Shown piece by piece: positions 10,110 through 21,885 of a stretch of 64,000 nucleotides of DNA (within the stretch, counting starts at the first letter, position 1; each line of letters starts with the position of its first letter). Under the pieces are notes generated by a model, which ran no database searches, was not told the DNA's origin, and was given only the letters and a program-made list of their open reading frames with translations. Both the position numbers and the translations under genes were made by a program. Origin of the DNA: Sphingomonadales bacterium (lineage in GTDB: Bacteria > Pseudomonadota > Alphaproteobacteria > Sphingomonadales > Sphingomonadaceae). The DNA lies in NCBI GenBank assembly GCA_031371575.1, contig JANMJX010000001.1, positions 2,693 through 66,692 on the forward strand. Reading direction: 5' to 3'.

Positions 10110-11519
10110 TTATTCCGCCATGGCTGGCATGGACGGCGCGGTGGCAAACGGCATAGCCTTTGCCTTTTTCCATCCGCCATTCAGATAATAAGCAATCGAC
10201 AATATGCAGGAGACGATCGAAGTCGCAATGAATGCGGCCCAAATCGCGTCTGCTCCAAACGTGCCATAGAGGCCAAAGCCAATGCTGAACCGCACTAATA
10301 TTGCGCTAATGACCAAGATCACAAGCGGCGCCATAACCGCACCATTTGCCCGCACGGCAAAGCTTACCACGACTGAAACACCCATCAGAATGAAACTCCA
10401 ACCGATGATATGATTGATGTGGATGGCGATATCGATCGCTGGACTGTCGAGGGGCAGGAATAGACCAAGGAGTGGGCGAGCGCCCAATGTCATAAGTCCG
10501 ATAAGCACGCCCGACATCAGCAGATTGATACCAATGCCAGACCACACGATGCGGCCCACACGGTCCCATTTGTTCGCGCCGATATTCTGCGCAACCATGG
10601 CGCTGACTGCGCCGCCCAAGGCGACGGCAGGCATCTGCACATAGCTCCAAAGCTGGTTCATCACGCCGAATGCGGCGGTTGTGTCGACACCTTCGCGATT
10701 GATGATGCCAATCATTGCCAGGGCAGAACCGGACATGACAATAAGAGACAGTCCCATAGGCAGGCCCATTCGCGCGATCGGTTTTAGATAAACGGGGTCA
10801 GGCCAGAGCCATTTCAACTCGTCGGTACGCAAGCGGATTGTAAGGTCCAGCGCATAAACCTTGCGCATGAGTAAAGCCAAGCTGATGAGGCCGGCGACAA
10901 TCGTCGCAAGCGCTGACCCTGCAATACCCATTGCCGGGATTGGCCCAAATCCCAGAATGAAGATCGGGTTCAAGATGATGTCGAGAACGACATTTAAAAC
11001 CGTATTCCAAAATGGCGTAATCGAATCGCCCACACCTCGGAGCGACGACGAAATAAGCACCATCACGAATGATGCCGGCATAGTCAGAAAGATGACGCGC
11101 AGATAGGATAAAGCCAGAGGGTAGACCGCGTCAGACGTCGCCAGAAGGCGGAGCAACTGCGGCGCGAAAATCCATCCAGCCGCGGCAAATACCACACCAG
11201 CGATAAAGAATACGCTGGTCGCTGTCCCCATGATCCGCCGGACGGCGACAACATCGCGGCGCCCCATATTCTGGCCAATCAATATCGTCGTTGCCATGGT
11301 GAAGCCGAACAAGGTGGAGAACATCAGAAACATGATGAGCCCGGCATTGGCCGACGCGGCAAGTGCCTCCTCGCCCAGAAATTTCCCGATCCAGACCGAA
11401 TTCACCGAGTTGTTCAGCGATTGCAGAATATTCACGCCAAGCGACGGCAACGCAAAGGCGAACAATGTCTTTGCCACCGGGCCCGCGGTCAGGTCACGTT
11501 GATGGGCGGGCGCCTTCAT
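10110..11519 (-). CDS. MATE family efflux transporter
   Basis: DLTAGP N-terminus, LRGVGDS, ILNPIFILG...MGIAGSALAT; about 12 TM segments. Confidence 0.92.
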   Translation of the reverse strand: MKAPAHQRDLTAGPVAKTLFAFALPSLGVNILQSLNNSVNSVWIGKFLGEEALAASANAGLIMFLMFSTLFGFTMATTILIGQNMGRRDVVAVRRIMGTATSVFFIAGVVFAAAGWIFAPQLLRLLATSDAVYPLALSYLRVIFLTMPASFVMVLISSSLRGVGDSITPFWNTVLNVVLDIILNPIFILGFGPIPAMGIAGSALATIVAGLISLALLMRKVYALDLTIRLRTDELKWLWPDPVYLKPIARMGLPMGLSLIVMSGSALAMIGIINREGVDTTAAFGVMNQLWSYVQMPAVALGGAVSAMVAQNIGANKWDRVGRIVWSGIGINLLMSGVLIGLMTLGARPLLGLFLPLDSPAIDIAIHINHIIGWSFILMGVSVVVSFAVRANGAVMAPLVILVISAILVRFSIGFGLYGTFGADAIWAAFIATSIVSCILSIAYYLNGGWKKAKAMPFATAPSMPAMAE

Positions 11520-11574
11520 GCCAGCGATATAGCGCCTAAATGGCAGCATGCCCAAGATGGGATTTGTCCCTTAG

Positions 11575-14370
11575 TCATCCCAACCGTGCCAATGCCGCTA
11601 CAAGCCGCTCTGCCTCTGCCGCCTTTTCGGCATGGTCAGCGCGCGCCTTTTCAACTGCCTCGGGCTTGGCCCTTTCGACAAAGGCGGCGTTGGACAGGCG
11701 GCCGGCGAGCGCATCACGCTCTTTTGCCGCCGCTTCGATCGCCTTACCGATGCGGCTCCGTTCAGCATCGAGATCAATGACGCCGTCGAGGGCAAATATG
11801 ACGGTATCCCCGCCAACCACGATCTGTGCCACATTGTTGGTGGCGACGGGCGCATAAACAAAGCTGTCGATGCGGCCAAGCCGTGACAATGCCGCCCCCT
11901 GGCGTTCGATGATCGCAACCGTCGCAGGTTGCGGATCGGCAATATTCGCGGTCAGGCGCGTGCCCGGCGCTATATTCAATTCGGCCTTGAAGGAACGTGT
12001 CTTGCTGATCGTGTCGACGACCCAGTTGATTTCGGCAACCGCCTCCGCGTCCACGCTGGCATTCGGCTCGGGCCACTTGGCGTGAATGATGTCATAGCTG
12101 CGCGGTGCGGCAGGGTCCGACAGCGCGTGCCATAATTCTTCAGTGATGAAGGGCATGAACGGATGCAGCATCACCAATATCTGGTCGAGCACCCAGCCGG
12201 CGACGATCTTGGACTCGCCGTCCATTTCGCCTTTTTCGCCATCGACAAAAGCTGGCTTGATGAGCTCGAGATACCAGTCGCAAAACTGGTCAAATACCAT
12301 GTGGTAAAGCACGTCAGCCATGCCGTCGAAACGGAATTCAGCAAATGCCTTGTTTAGCTTTTCAACCGTGCTGACAACTTCGCCAATAATCCAGCGGTTG
12401 ACCGCTAGCTCGGCCTTGGGCGCGCTGATGGAGTGCGATCCACCGATGCCATTGGACTGTGCGAAGCGGGCCGCGTTCCACAGTTTGGTCGCAAAATTGC
12501 GGTAGCCTGCAACACGGCTTTCATCCATCTTGATGTCGCGGCCCTGGCTTTCCATGGCCGCCATGAAAAAACGCAGCGCATCGGCGCCATATTGGTCAAT
12601 CAGGCCAAGTGGGTCGACGGTATTGCCCTTCGACTTCGACATCTTGCTGCCGTCTGCCGCACGGACGAGGCCGTGGAGATACAGCGTTTTCCACGGCACT
12701 TCCTTCATGAAGTGAATGCCCTGCATCGCCATGCGTGCATCCCAGAAGAACAGGATGTCGAAACCGGAAACGAGCACGTCATTCGGGTAATGGCGGTTGA
12801 GTTCTTTTGTCTGTTCGGGCCAGCCCAAGGTGCCGAATGGCCACAGCGCAGAGGAGAACCAGGTATCGAGGACGTCTGGATCGCGCGTCAGCGCAACGCT
12901 TTCGCCCGCAAGCGCTTGCGCTGCTTCCTCGGTCTCGGCGACATAGCATTTGCCGTCGTCGTCGAACCATGCCGGTATCTGATGCCCCCACCATAATTGG
13001 CGGGAGACGCACCATGGCTGGATGTTTTCCATCCAGTTGAAATAGGTCTTTTCCCATGACTTCGGCACAATATCGATCGCACCCGAACGCACCGCCTCAA
13101 TGGCAGGCGCCGCCAACGTCTTGGCATCGACATACCATTGATCCGTCAGCATAGGCTCAATGACAACGCCCGAACGGTCGCCAAAGGGCTGCTGGATGGT
13201 CTTGTTCTCGACGGCAATCATCAGGCCATCGGCTTCTATATCGGCAACGACGCGCTTGCGCGCTTCGTACCGGTCAAGTCCGCGATAGGCGTCGGGCACA
13301 AGGTTGAGCGCGTCAATATCGGCGGCGGCCCACTGGCCACCGGCGGCGATGGCTTTGGCTTGTGCCGCAGCTTCGGCATAAGGTGCGCCGTCGCTGCGCA
13401 TGGCGGCAACCTCGTCCATCAAGCGGTACATCGGGATATTGTTGCGCTGCGCCACGCCATAGTCGTTCTGGTCATGCGCGCCGGTGATCTTCACTGCGCC
13501 TGAACCGAAATCGGGGTCGGGATATTCGTCGGTGATGATCGGGATCAGCCGGCGATGTTCCTTGGGGCCAACGGGGATTTCGCAAAGCTTGCCGATAATT
13601 GGCTTGTAACGTTCATCGTCGGGATGCACGGCAACTGCGCCGTCGCCAAGCATTGTTTCGGGCCGCGTCGTGGCGATGGCGATATAATCGCGTTCTTCTT
13701 CAAGCGTGACATTGCCGTCGGCGTCGCGCTCGACATACGTATAGGTCTCGCCGCCCGCGAGCGGATATTTGAAGTGCCACATATGGCCATTCACTTCGCG
13801 CGTTTCGACCTCAAGATCGGAGATCGCGGACTTGAAATGCGGGTCCCAGTTGACGAGCCTTTTGTCGCGGTAAAGCAGACCTTGGTTATACAGATCGACA
13901 AACACCTTGATGACCGCCTTGGAAAAGCCCTCATCCATGGTGAAGCGTTCATTTTCCCAATCCATCGAGCAGCCAAGCCGGCGTAGCTGGCCGGTAATCT
14001 CGCCGCCGCTTTCTTCTTTCCATTCCCACACCTTCGCGACAAATTCCTCGCGGGTGAAATCGGTGCGCTTCTGCTGGCGCGCGTTGAGCTGCCGCTCGAC
14101 CACCATCTGGGTCGCGATCCCTGCATGGTCCGTGCCGACGACCCACAAGGCATCCTTGCCCTGCAAGCGCGCGTGGCGAATGAGGATATCCTGCAATGTG
14201 TTGTCCAGCGCATGGCCGATGTGCAGGCTGCCCGTCACATTGGGCGGGGGATTAACGATGGTATATGGCTCGGCATTAGGCCGGTCGGGCCGGAACGCCC
14301 CAGTGGATTCCCAATGCGCATACCATTTCGCCTCAATGGCGGCGGGGTCGAAAGTCTTGTCGATAGTCAT
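11575..14370 (-). CDS. valS: Valine--tRNA ligase
   Basis: [19 protein letters not shown] and KMSKS motifs; C-terminal coiled arm. Confidence 0.98.
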   Translation of the reverse strand: MTIDKTFDPAAIEAKWYAHWESTGAFRPDRPNAEPYTIVNPPPNVTGSLHIGHALDNTLQDILIRHARLQGKDALWVVGTDHAGIATQMVVERQLNARQQKRTDFTREEFVAKVWEWKEESGGEITGQLRRLGCSMDWENERFTMDEGFSKAVIKVFVDLYNQGLLYRDKRLVNWDPHFKSAISDLEVETREVNGHMWHFKYPLAGGETYTYVERDADGNVTLEEERDYIAIATTRPETMLGDGAVAVHPDDERYKPIIGKLCEIPVGPKEHRRLIPIITDEYPDPDFGSGAVKITGAHDQNDYGVAQRNNIPMYRLMDEVAAMRSDGAPYAEAAAQAKAIAAGGQWAAADIDALNLVPDAYRGLDRYEARKRVVADIEADGLMIAVENKTIQQPFGDRSGVVIEPMLTDQWYVDAKTLAAPAIEAVRSGAIDIVPKSWEKTYFNWMENIQPWCVSRQLWWGHQIPAWFDDDGKCYVAETEEAAQALAGESVALTRDPDVLDTWFSSALWPFGTLGWPEQTKELNRHYPNDVLVSGFDILFFWDARMAMQGIHFMKEVPWKTLYLHGLVRAADGSKMSKSKGNTVDPLGLIDQYGADALRFFMAAMESQGRDIKMDESRVAGYRNFATKLWNAARFAQSNGIGGSHSISAPKAELAVNRWIIGEVVSTVEKLNKAFAEFRFDGMADVLYHMVFDQFCDWYLELIKPAFVDGEKGEMDGESKIVAGWVLDQILVMLHPFMPFITEELWHALSDPAAPRSYDIIHAKWPEPNASVDAEAVAEINWVVDTISKTRSFKAELNIAPGTRLTANIADPQPATVAIIERQGAALSRLGRIDSFVYAPVATNNVAQIVVGGDTVIFALDGVIDLDAERSRIGKAIEAAAKERDALAGRLSNAAFVERAKPEAVEKARADHAEKAAEAERLVAALARLG

Positions 14371-14457
14371 GGATTTGGGCCATAACGGGCCTGACTAAAA
14401 AGGGAAACCCTCACGACACGTCATGCTGAAAGTAGTTCAGGGTGACGTCGCGATGCT

Positions 14458-15840
14458 TTACGCCTTTCCGCGCCGGAACATGAAAAACGCCGCCGCAAAA
14501 CCGCCAGCCACAACAAGGCTCAGCCACAATTCCTTGGATGCTGCGGGGTCAAGGCCTTTGGCCACCAATATCACCAGCATGGCGGCGATCGCGACATATG
14601 TCCCATAAGGATGGAACCACATCCTTATCTGCAGCCGCGCCGGGTCCTCGGCCTCATATTTGCGGCGCAATTTAAGCTGGGCGCCAGCCGTCATCAGGTA
14701 CAGCAGCAGCATCGTCACCCCGCAGCTGTTGAGCAGGAAGCTAAAGACAACGTCACGCGACACTGCATCTGCGGCGAGCGCGAAATAGCTGAAGAGGCTG
14801 GCAATGAGGATAGCGCGGGCAGGGACTTTGCGCTGGTTGACCTGCACCAGCCATTGCGGCGCGTCCTTATGCTTGGCAAGCCCGAACAAGGCGCGCGAGG
14901 TGACGTAGAGTCCGGAATTGAGGCAGGACAATACCGCGACCAGCACGACGGCTTCCATGATGATCTTGCCCGCGGGAAGCCCCATATAGGCAAGCGTGGT
15001 GGCAAAGGGCGACACCTTCGGTACGATCTCGGTCCACGGGACAACGGACACGATCAGGAAGATCGACAATATGTAGAATATCAGGATCCGCAACGTCACC
15101 GATACGGTCATGCGGCTGATGACCTTTGACGGTTCTTCGGATTCAGCGGCGGCGATGGTCGCGATTTCCGCGCCAACGAGGCTAAATATCGTTGACGTGG
15201 CTGCGGCCAGCACAACGCCCCATCCATTGGGAACAAAGCCATTATGCGCGGTCAAATTGGCAAAGTTTGGACCACTGCCTGAGGTGATGCCAAAGGCCCA
15301 TGCCGCGCAGAGCAGGATGAAGACGATGATGGCCGCGACCTTGATAGAGGAAAACCAGAATTCGAATTCGCCATAAGCCCGCGCGGACATCAGATTGACT
15401 GCGGTCAGCAACGCCATCAACAATATGCCGATGGCAAGTTCTGGGACAGCAGGAAACCAGCTGTGCAGGATTTGCGCGCCGGCAATTGCCTCGATCGCCA
15501 CGACGACCACCCAGAAATACCAGTACAGCCAGCCGGACAGGAAGCCGGCGAGATGGCCAAGGCCAGCGCGGGCAAAGTCAGGGAATGTCTGCACGCCTTC
15601 AATGGCCAGCGCCATTTCGGAGATCATGCGCATCACCAGAAGGATGATGAAACCGGCAATGGCGAAGGAAAGCACCGCGGCCGGGCCGGCTTGGCTAATC
15701 GTGGTGGATGAACCGACGAATAGCCCTGCCCCAATGATGCCACCAATGGCGATCATGGATACATGGCGTGACTTCAGGCTGCGACTAAGCTCAGCCCCGC
15801 CGCTGATGTCGGTAGCCACGCTGGTTGCAATGTCGGTCAT
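14458..15840 (-). CDS. APC family amino acid permease (GabP/AroP-like)
   Basis: MIAIGGIIGAGLFVGS, GEFEFWF and LSCLNSGLY motifs. Confidence 0.92.
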   Translation of the reverse strand: MTDIATSVATDISGGAELSRSLKSRHVSMIAIGGIIGAGLFVGSSTTISQAGPAAVLSFAIAGFIILLVMRMISEMALAIEGVQTFPDFARAGLGHLAGFLSGWLYWYFWVVVVAIEAIAGAQILHSWFPAVPELAIGILLMALLTAVNLMSARAYGEFEFWFSSIKVAAIIVFILLCAAWAFGITSGSGPNFANLTAHNGFVPNGWGVVLAAATSTIFSLVGAEIATIAAAESEEPSKVISRMTVSVTLRILIFYILSIFLIVSVVPWTEIVPKVSPFATTLAYMGLPAGKIIMEAVVLVAVLSCLNSGLYVTSRALFGLAKHKDAPQWLVQVNQRKVPARAILIASLFSYFALAADAVSRDVVFSFLLNSCGVTMLLLYLMTAGAQLKLRRKYEAEDPARLQIRMWFHPYGTYVAIAAMLVILVAKGLDPAASKELWLSLVVAGGFAAAFFMFRRGKA

Positions 15841-15942
15841 CTATTCCCCCAGAATAACGCAAATGTATTTGTCCATTGGCACCCGACGCTGCGGCGATTG
15901 CTGGCCGATCAAACGGTTTACGACGCCCTCACCTGCGAACCG

Positions 15943-18006
15943 TTACTTGCCCTTCAAATGCTTGCCGAGCCATGCGAACACCGTCTGGTGCCACTGGATC
16001 GAATTTTTCGGCTTCAGCACCCAATGGTTTTCATCGGGGAACACCAGCAATTTGGATTCGACACTCTGCTGTTGCAACGCGGTAAAGGCGGCAAGCGACT
16101 GCGAATACGGAATACGGTAATCCTTTTCGCCATGAATGACCAAAGTCGGAGTTTTCCATTTGGAGACATGGTTGACCGGATTCCACTTTTCGCCATCGGT
16201 GCGCGTGGTCCATGGTCCGCCATTGTCCCATTGGTCAAACCACAATTCCTCGGTTTCATAGGCCATGGCGCGTAGGTCGAAAATGCCGGCATGGTTCACA
16301 AGGCATTTGAAACGGTCGGGCCAGTTGCCCGAAATCCAGTTCATCATATAACCCCCATAAGAGCCACCCAGTGCGCAGGCGTTGGTGGTGTCGAGCTGCG
16401 TGTCTGCTTTGCCAACGGCAACCATGCCCTTCTGCAAATCCTCAAGCGGCCATCCGCCCCAGTTTTTGTTGATGCTATCGGTAAATTTCTGACCGTAACC
16501 CGTACTGCCATGGAAATCGATCGTCACCACGGCATAGCCTTGCGATGCCATGACCGCTGGGTTCCAGCGATAGGACCAGCTGTTGTTGAACGTTCCTTGC
16601 GGCCCGCCATGGACGAGTAGCAAGACAGGAAGCTTGCCTTTTGCGCCCTCTGGCTTGACAATCTGGCCATATACCCGGTCGCCATTGGCGCCGGCAAAAT
16701 CGAATTTCTGGTAATTGACCGGGTCAAGCGCGCCAAGCATCTCCGCATTAACGTTGGTCAGCCGCGTTGTCGCACCCTTGGCGTCCATATAAACCAGGTC
16801 GGAAGGCCCGGAGATGCTGTTGATGGCATAGACGATACCGCCATTTTTCAGCGGCACGGCTTCAGCAATGCTGCCACGTTCAGTGAGGCGTGTGACCTTG
16901 CCCTTCAGGTCAACGCGGTACAGCGGTGTCTCCAAAACATCCTGCGCGGTCACCAGCAGGCTTTTGCTGTCCGTTGCCCAGGCGAGCGATGCGACCGAAC
17001 GGTCCCATGCATCTGTAAGTGCCGTGACCTTACCGCTTTTCAAATCCATGATCTTCACAACCAACCGGTCGGCTTCATAGGTCGCGCGCGCCATGGAGGT
17101 CCATGCCAGCCATTTGCCATCGGGCGAAACGGCAGGCGTTGTGTCCATACCGGCATTGTCTTTGGTGAAGTTGACGATCTCCTTTGACTTCAGGGATGCG
17201 CCATAGATATCAAGATTTGTGGACTTTGCCTCGTTTTTGTCCGCGACCCGTAAGGTGTAGACTATGCCGCTGCTGTCGGCGCTCCAGCTGATTTCTTCAC
17301 CACCGCCAAAGGGCTTGGACGGCGCGTCGCCGACCAGATTTCCGTCCATGGCGGTGCCCAATGTGCCAAGCTTGCCATCGGCACCAAGCACAACGGTGAA
17401 GACACGGCTGTAATTGCCGGGTGTTTCCCATTGGTCCCAATGGCGGGTCATGAGCTGGTCATATTCGCGGCCACTGCCTGGGCCTGGCTTCGACGTGTCG
17501 CCGTCCTTGGCGCAACCAAATTCCATGCAATCGCGGGCAATGTCACCCCAGACAGCAAATTTCTGGCCATCAGGTGATATTTTGAAGCCGCTGACGTCGG
17601 TCTTGAAATTGCTAGCCTGTGCAGCCGTCCCCGACGCTATGTCGTAACGCCAGATCTGGTCCGAGCCGCTTTCGTTGCTGATATAGAAAATGCTTTTGCC
17701 GTCTGGCGCAAAGGCGGGGTCATGTTCGTTCTTGTCGGCCTTGGACGCAAACATGACTGGCTGGGCATTTGGGACCCCCAGTTTGAGCATATACAGATCG
17801 GTCTTGCCCTTGTTCGCCCCGAGGTCCGTCTCGCGCAACTGATAGGCGATCAAGGTGCCGTCCGGTGACGCCGACACGGCCGAAAGCCGTTTCATCATGA
17901 CAAGATCAGTCTCGGTCATGGGCCGGGCGAGGGCGGGTGTTGAAATGGAGCTAAAAGCGGCGACGGATGTGCCCATGAGGGCAGCAAGCAGAAAGGTTTT
18001 TTTCAT
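15943..18006 (-). CDS. S9 family (acylaminoacyl/dipeptidyl) peptidase, secreted
   Basis: Signal peptide, propeller repeats, HGGP, GGSYGG nucleophile, HGEKDYR and DENH. Confidence 0.93.
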   Translation of the reverse strand: MKKTFLLAALMGTSVAAFSSISTPALARPMTETDLVMMKRLSAVSASPDGTLIAYQLRETDLGANKGKTDLYMLKLGVPNAQPVMFASKADKNEHDPAFAPDGKSIFYISNESGSDQIWRYDIASGTAAQASNFKTDVSGFKISPDGQKFAVWGDIARDCMEFGCAKDGDTSKPGPGSGREYDQLMTRHWDQWETPGNYSRVFTVVLGADGKLGTLGTAMDGNLVGDAPSKPFGGGEEISWSADSSGIVYTLRVADKNEAKSTNLDIYGASLKSKEIVNFTKDNAGMDTTPAVSPDGKWLAWTSMARATYEADRLVVKIMDLKSGKVTALTDAWDRSVASLAWATDSKSLLVTAQDVLETPLYRVDLKGKVTRLTERGSIAEAVPLKNGGIVYAINSISGPSDLVYMDAKGATTRLTNVNAEMLGALDPVNYQKFDFAGANGDRVYGQIVKPEGAKGKLPVLLLVHGGPQGTFNNSWSYRWNPAVMASQGYAVVTIDFHGSTGYGQKFTDSINKNWGGWPLEDLQKGMVAVGKADTQLDTTNACALGGSYGGYMMNWISGNWPDRFKCLVNHAGIFDLRAMAYETEELWFDQWDNGGPWTTRTDGEKWNPVNHVSKWKTPTLVIHGEKDYRIPYSQSLAAFTALQQQSVESKLLVFPDENHWVLKPKNSIQWHQTVFAWLGKHLKGK

Positions 18007-18087
18007 GTGTGACACGCTAGTCAGCGCAAGGCAGGCACGCAAGAAAATTGCTGATTGAAAGATTTTGCGCACGCCAATTTCAGGAAT

Positions 18088-19362
18088 CTAGCGTACGATT
18101 TTACCGTCTTTCATGACGATGGAGATATTCTCCAACAGCCTGATGTTGGACAGAGGATCGCCTTTGACCGCCACCAGATCGGCAAAGCGCCCCGGCGCGA
18201 TGCTTCCCAATATACGTTCCTTGCCCAGCAGTTCCGCCGCGCGGATTGTGGCGCTTTGGATCGCTTGCATCGGCGTCATTCCGTAGCGCACCATATACGC
18301 AAATTGCTTGGCATTTTGTCCATGCGGATAAACCCCGCTGTCGGTGCCATAAGCCAGCTTCACACCCATCATTACTGCCTTGGTGAATCCCGCGCGCTGC
18401 ACGTCAGTTGTCTCGCGATTCTTGCGGAGATACTCATCGGGCCATTTTTCTTTAGTGCCGATGTCATCGATATAATCGCCATTATAAATATCCATGACCA
18501 GCCACGTCCCGTTGGCCTTGGCCATTGCCAGAGCTTCATCGTCGATCAGACTGGCATGTTCGATCGAGCGCACGCCGGCGCGAATGGCGTTCTTGATCCC
18601 CACCGCGCCATGAGCGTGGGCAGTGACAAAAATACCTTTTGCTTTCGCGGTGTCGACAACGGCACGCAACTGATCTTCCGTAAGCTCGGGCTCGCCGGGT
18701 TCGGTGCCGATGGCGAGCACTGCGCCAGTCGCGATGGTTTTGATGAAATCAGCGCCCTGGTCTATCAGAAACGCGGTCTTCGCTGCGGCTACTTCCGCAG
18801 TGCTGGCGACGCCAAGCCGCATGTCGGGCGGGAGCTGTTCATTTGGCACAACGCCGTTCAATTCGCCGCCGCCTTTGGGAATGGTGATATAGGCGCCTGC
18901 CACGAACATCCGTGGGCCGGGCACATATCCAGCATTAATGGCATCACGCAATGCGATGTCGGTCAATCCGCGATAGGTCCCGACGTCGCGGACTGTGGTA
19001 AAGCCAGCTGCCAAGGTTAATCGGGCATTTTCGGCGCCGATCAAAGCCGTGGCGGCAGGCGATGTCTTCAGCGGCAAGGCAAGGTCAGCACTTTGCCCGG
19101 CGTCGGCAAGATGCGTGTGCAAGTCGATCAGGAAGGGAAGGACAGTGTACGCGGACCAGTCCAGACGTTCAGTGCCAGCAGGAGTAGCGCCGCAAGGGCC
19201 AATCGCTGTAATTTTTGCGTCCATCGTGGTTATGCACTGGCCAGTAAGGGTTTTGCCTGACGCGACATCGACCAGCTTGCCAGCTTCAACATAGAGATTT
19301 TTGGCAAGTGCTGGTGGCGGCGCTAACGCGAGTGCGATTGCTGCGATGAGCGCAGCGCGCAT
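18088..19362 (-). CDS. Amidohydrolase family (Xaa-Pro dipeptidase-like), secreted
   Basis: Signal peptide; DLHTH, AHAHG, IEH and GTDSG metal ligands. Confidence 0.9.
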   Translation of the reverse strand: MRAALIAAIALALAPPPALAKNLYVEAGKLVDVASGKTLTGQCITTMDAKITAIGPCGATPAGTERLDWSAYTVLPFLIDLHTHLADAGQSADLALPLKTSPAATALIGAENARLTLAAGFTTVRDVGTYRGLTDIALRDAINAGYVPGPRMFVAGAYITIPKGGGELNGVVPNEQLPPDMRLGVASTAEVAAAKTAFLIDQGADFIKTIATGAVLAIGTEPGEPELTEDQLRAVVDTAKAKGIFVTAHAHGAVGIKNAIRAGVRSIEHASLIDDEALAMAKANGTWLVMDIYNGDYIDDIGTKEKWPDEYLRKNRETTDVQRAGFTKAVMMGVKLAYGTDSGVYPHGQNAKQFAYMVRYGMTPMQAIQSATIRAAELLGKERILGSIAPGRFADLVAVKGDPLSNIRLLENISIVMKDGKIVR

Positions 19363-19775
19363 CAGCCCTTCTTGGTGATGCGTGTGATCTCACGTTCCAC
19401 CATCGCCTCGACGATTGGCGGCAGATTGTTGTCGAGCCAGTCCTTCAGCATCGGACGAAGCAATTCGCGCGTTAGGCCCTCAAGTGAGGTCTCCCCCGAT
19501 CGAACGATTTGCGGCGCGACGCCGGGTTCGGACAATGTTTGAAGTGCAGAAAAACTATGCCGGAGGCTTTGCGCTTTTTCGTCATCAAGCAAAATTTCGT
19601 CGGAACTGTTATCGTCCGTTTCGGTCAACTCGAGTACTTCGTGTTCGTCATCGCCCGACGAAACAAGCTTTGCAGGGCGCTTCGTGGCCGGACGATTCCG
19701 GTCATCATCTGCGATGATACGTTTGATGGAAGAAAGAATCTCATCCATCGAAGGTTCGCTCCGGCCATCAGCCAT
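19362..19775 (-). CDS. popZ: Polar organizing protein PopZ (DUF2497)
   Basis: EPSMDEILSSIKRII N-helix and LLRPMLKDWLDNNLPPIVEAMVEREI C-terminus; downstream of tolC. Confidence 0.88.
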   Translation of the reverse strand: MADGRSEPSMDEILSSIKRIIADDDRNRPATKRPAKLVSSGDDEHEVLELTETDDNSSDEILLDDEKAQSLRHSFSALQTLSEPGVAPQIVRSGETSLEGLTRELLRPMLKDWLDNNLPPIVEAMVEREITRITKKG

Positions 19776-19799
19776 ATTTTCTGCCTCCTGATGCCGCGC

Positions 19800-21266
19800 T
19801 TAACGCGCCTTGCCGTTGCTCATCAAGGGTTCTATTTCCGCCTTTTGGGCAGCGGTGTCAACGGTGCGGGTCGACTTTGCAACCGGATCAGGCCGTGATG
19901 ACCAATCATTCCATGCATCGTCCACCTTCTTATATTCCGCGACAGGATCATATAGGGTTCCGCTTTCGAGACCGAGGTCGCGTGCTTCGGCCTTGCCCAT
20001 TGCGGCAAGTAGCGTGAAGCCAGCCACATAAGCATTGCGCCGCGCGGCGACGAGTTGAACCTGGCTATTAAGCAGTTCCTGCTCGGCGTTCAAAATGTCC
20101 AATATCGTCCGGTTGCCAACGCCGTTTTCGGCGCGAGTCCCTTCAAGCGACAGTTCATTCGCCGACACCGCGCGTTCCGACGCAGCAATCACGTCAAGGG
20201 CTGCACGCCAGCTTGCATAGGATGCACGCGTTTGGGCAATAACCTCACGCTCGGCAGCAATTTCCAGTTCCTGTGCCTGTCCAAGGCGCGCCTGCGCTTG
20301 CCGGATTCGCGCCGCTGGCTGTCCGCCTTGGTACAGAGGCAAAGTCGCACGCACACCGGCCTGAGCGCTCAGTGCACTGTTGTCCGCCTGGAATCCCGGA
20401 ATGTTAGATGAGATCGAATTCAGCGCGTTGCTGTAAGCCGGTGATGTAAAGACACTCACGGTCGGCAACCGCGAAGCATTGGCAGCGCGACGGTCAAAGC
20501 CGGCGGCTTCGCGCGTTTCGCGAGCAGCGATAAGGTCAGGATTGTTTTCCAGCGCGACCGTCACAGCACTATCGGGCGTCGCTGGCAAATTTGGCAAAGG
20601 AGGTGGTGCCTGAAGCTGGCCCGGCTCGCGCCCGACCAGTTGAATGTACAGCTCCTTTGATCGAATCAGATTTGCGCGTGCGGTTTCCAGATTACTGGTC
20701 GCCAAAGCAAGTCGCGCTTCGGACTGCGCAACGTCGGTACGCGTCAGATCACCAATTTCGAATCGGTCCTTCGTCGCATCCAGATTGACGCTCAGTACGC
20801 CGACCTGCGCGCGGTTTAAGTCTACGATCGATTCATCGCGGATAACGTCCATATATGCGCCAACTACCGCCGAGAAAATGGCGCTTTCTGTGCCGCGTAA
20901 ATTCGCAAAGCCGGCTTCAACCCGGTTTTCAGCCGCGCGCACAGCATTTCTGATTCCACCCCCAGCATATAAGGGAGCCGAAATTGTGCCGTTAATGCTG
21001 ACGCCGCGCGCTTGAGTGACTGAGCCGCCGCTGTCCTGAAGGACATTTTCTACATAAGTGGGCTGCACCGTGACGGAAGGACGGCCATTGGCCTTTGCCA
21101 GCGGAACGCCCTCGTCGATTGCGCGCTGCCCTTCGCGGGCCGCGGTTAGATTGGGATTGGTTTCATAAGCCGAAACAAGCGCATCGCGCAGCGTATCTGC
21201 GGCGGCGGGTGCGCCCAGCCCCGCGGAGCCGAGCAACGCTGCGATAAGGATATTCCGGCCGCTCAA
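19800..21266 (-). CDS. tolC: TolC family outer membrane channel
   Basis: Signal peptide, RFEIGDLTRTDVAQ and GNRTILDILNAEQEL repeats; pcm-tolC-popZ synteny. Confidence 0.92.
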   Translation of the reverse strand: MSGRNILIAALLGSAGLGAPAAADTLRDALVSAYETNPNLTAAREGQRAIDEGVPLAKANGRPSVTVQPTYVENVLQDSGGSVTQARGVSINGTISAPLYAGGGIRNAVRAAENRVEAGFANLRGTESAIFSAVVGAYMDVIRDESIVDLNRAQVGVLSVNLDATKDRFEIGDLTRTDVAQSEARLALATSNLETARANLIRSKELYIQLVGREPGQLQAPPPLPNLPATPDSAVTVALENNPDLIAARETREAAGFDRRAANASRLPTVSVFTSPAYSNALNSISSNIPGFQADNSALSAQAGVRATLPLYQGGQPAARIRQAQARLGQAQELEIAAEREVIAQTRASYASWRAALDVIAASERAVSANELSLEGTRAENGVGNRTILDILNAEQELLNSQVQLVAARRNAYVAGFTLLAAMGKAEARDLGLESGTLYDPVAEYKKVDDAWNDWSSRPDPVAKSTRTVDTAAQKAEIEPLMSNGKAR

Positions 21267-21847
21267 AATACGAACTCCGGTTTGCGGGCAAAGGCCGCGA
21301 TGGGTGCAATTTCACTGTCTACAAACGACTTCAACGCCACATTTCCTTTGTGCACAAATCCCTTGGCCAGGCGCGTCACGGCGCCTTCAATGACACCGGT
21401 CACGATACGGGCCCCTTCGCCAGCAACAGCAAAAAGCGCAGCGGGCAATTCTTCTATCGCTCCGTCAATGATGACAAGCGAAAATGGCGCGTCTTTTTGT
21501 GTATCCGCAAGCGCATCTGCAGTGACGACAGTTAAGGCTCCAACGCGGGACTTCAAAACCTCAGCTACATAACCATTTGATTTGCCGATGAGCAAAACCA
21601 CGTCATCCGGGCGCACTTCTGCCGCCTGAAGCAGCGACGCAGTCGATACTGGCGGATTCAGCACCGACCCATCGTCTAACAGGATGGCGCGATCCATATA
21701 GGCGGTCGCACGATGCGTTGCAGGCACATAATCCTCGCGCGCCACGCTTCCCATGGCCGCAATCACCCAAGCATCGGTCACGCCGCTGGTCCGCAATTGG
21801 CTGTCCACCATCGCGCGTCGCATATCTTCGAAATTTACTGATTCCAT
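21263..21847 (-). CDS. pcm: Protein-L-isoaspartate O-methyltransferase-like protein
   Basis: RRAMVDSQLR, VAREDYVP and AYMD motifs; position upstream of tolC; SAM motif degenerate. Confidence 0.8.
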   Translation of the reverse strand: MESVNFEDMRRAMVDSQLRTSGVTDAWVIAAMGSVAREDYVPATHRATAYMDRAILLDDGSVLNPPVSTASLLQAAEVRPDDVVLLIGKSNGYVAEVLKSRVGALTVVTADALADTQKDAPFSLVIIDGAIEELPAALFAVAGEGARIVTGVIEGAVTRLAKGFVHKGNVALKSFVDSEIAPIAAFARKPEFVF

Positions 21848-21885
21848 CGGGACATTTCCATTAACTTCTGGGCGATGTGGCACAA

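Noticed and set aside
18055-19020. 321-aa antisense ORF
   Set aside because: Shadow of the amidohydrolase gene.
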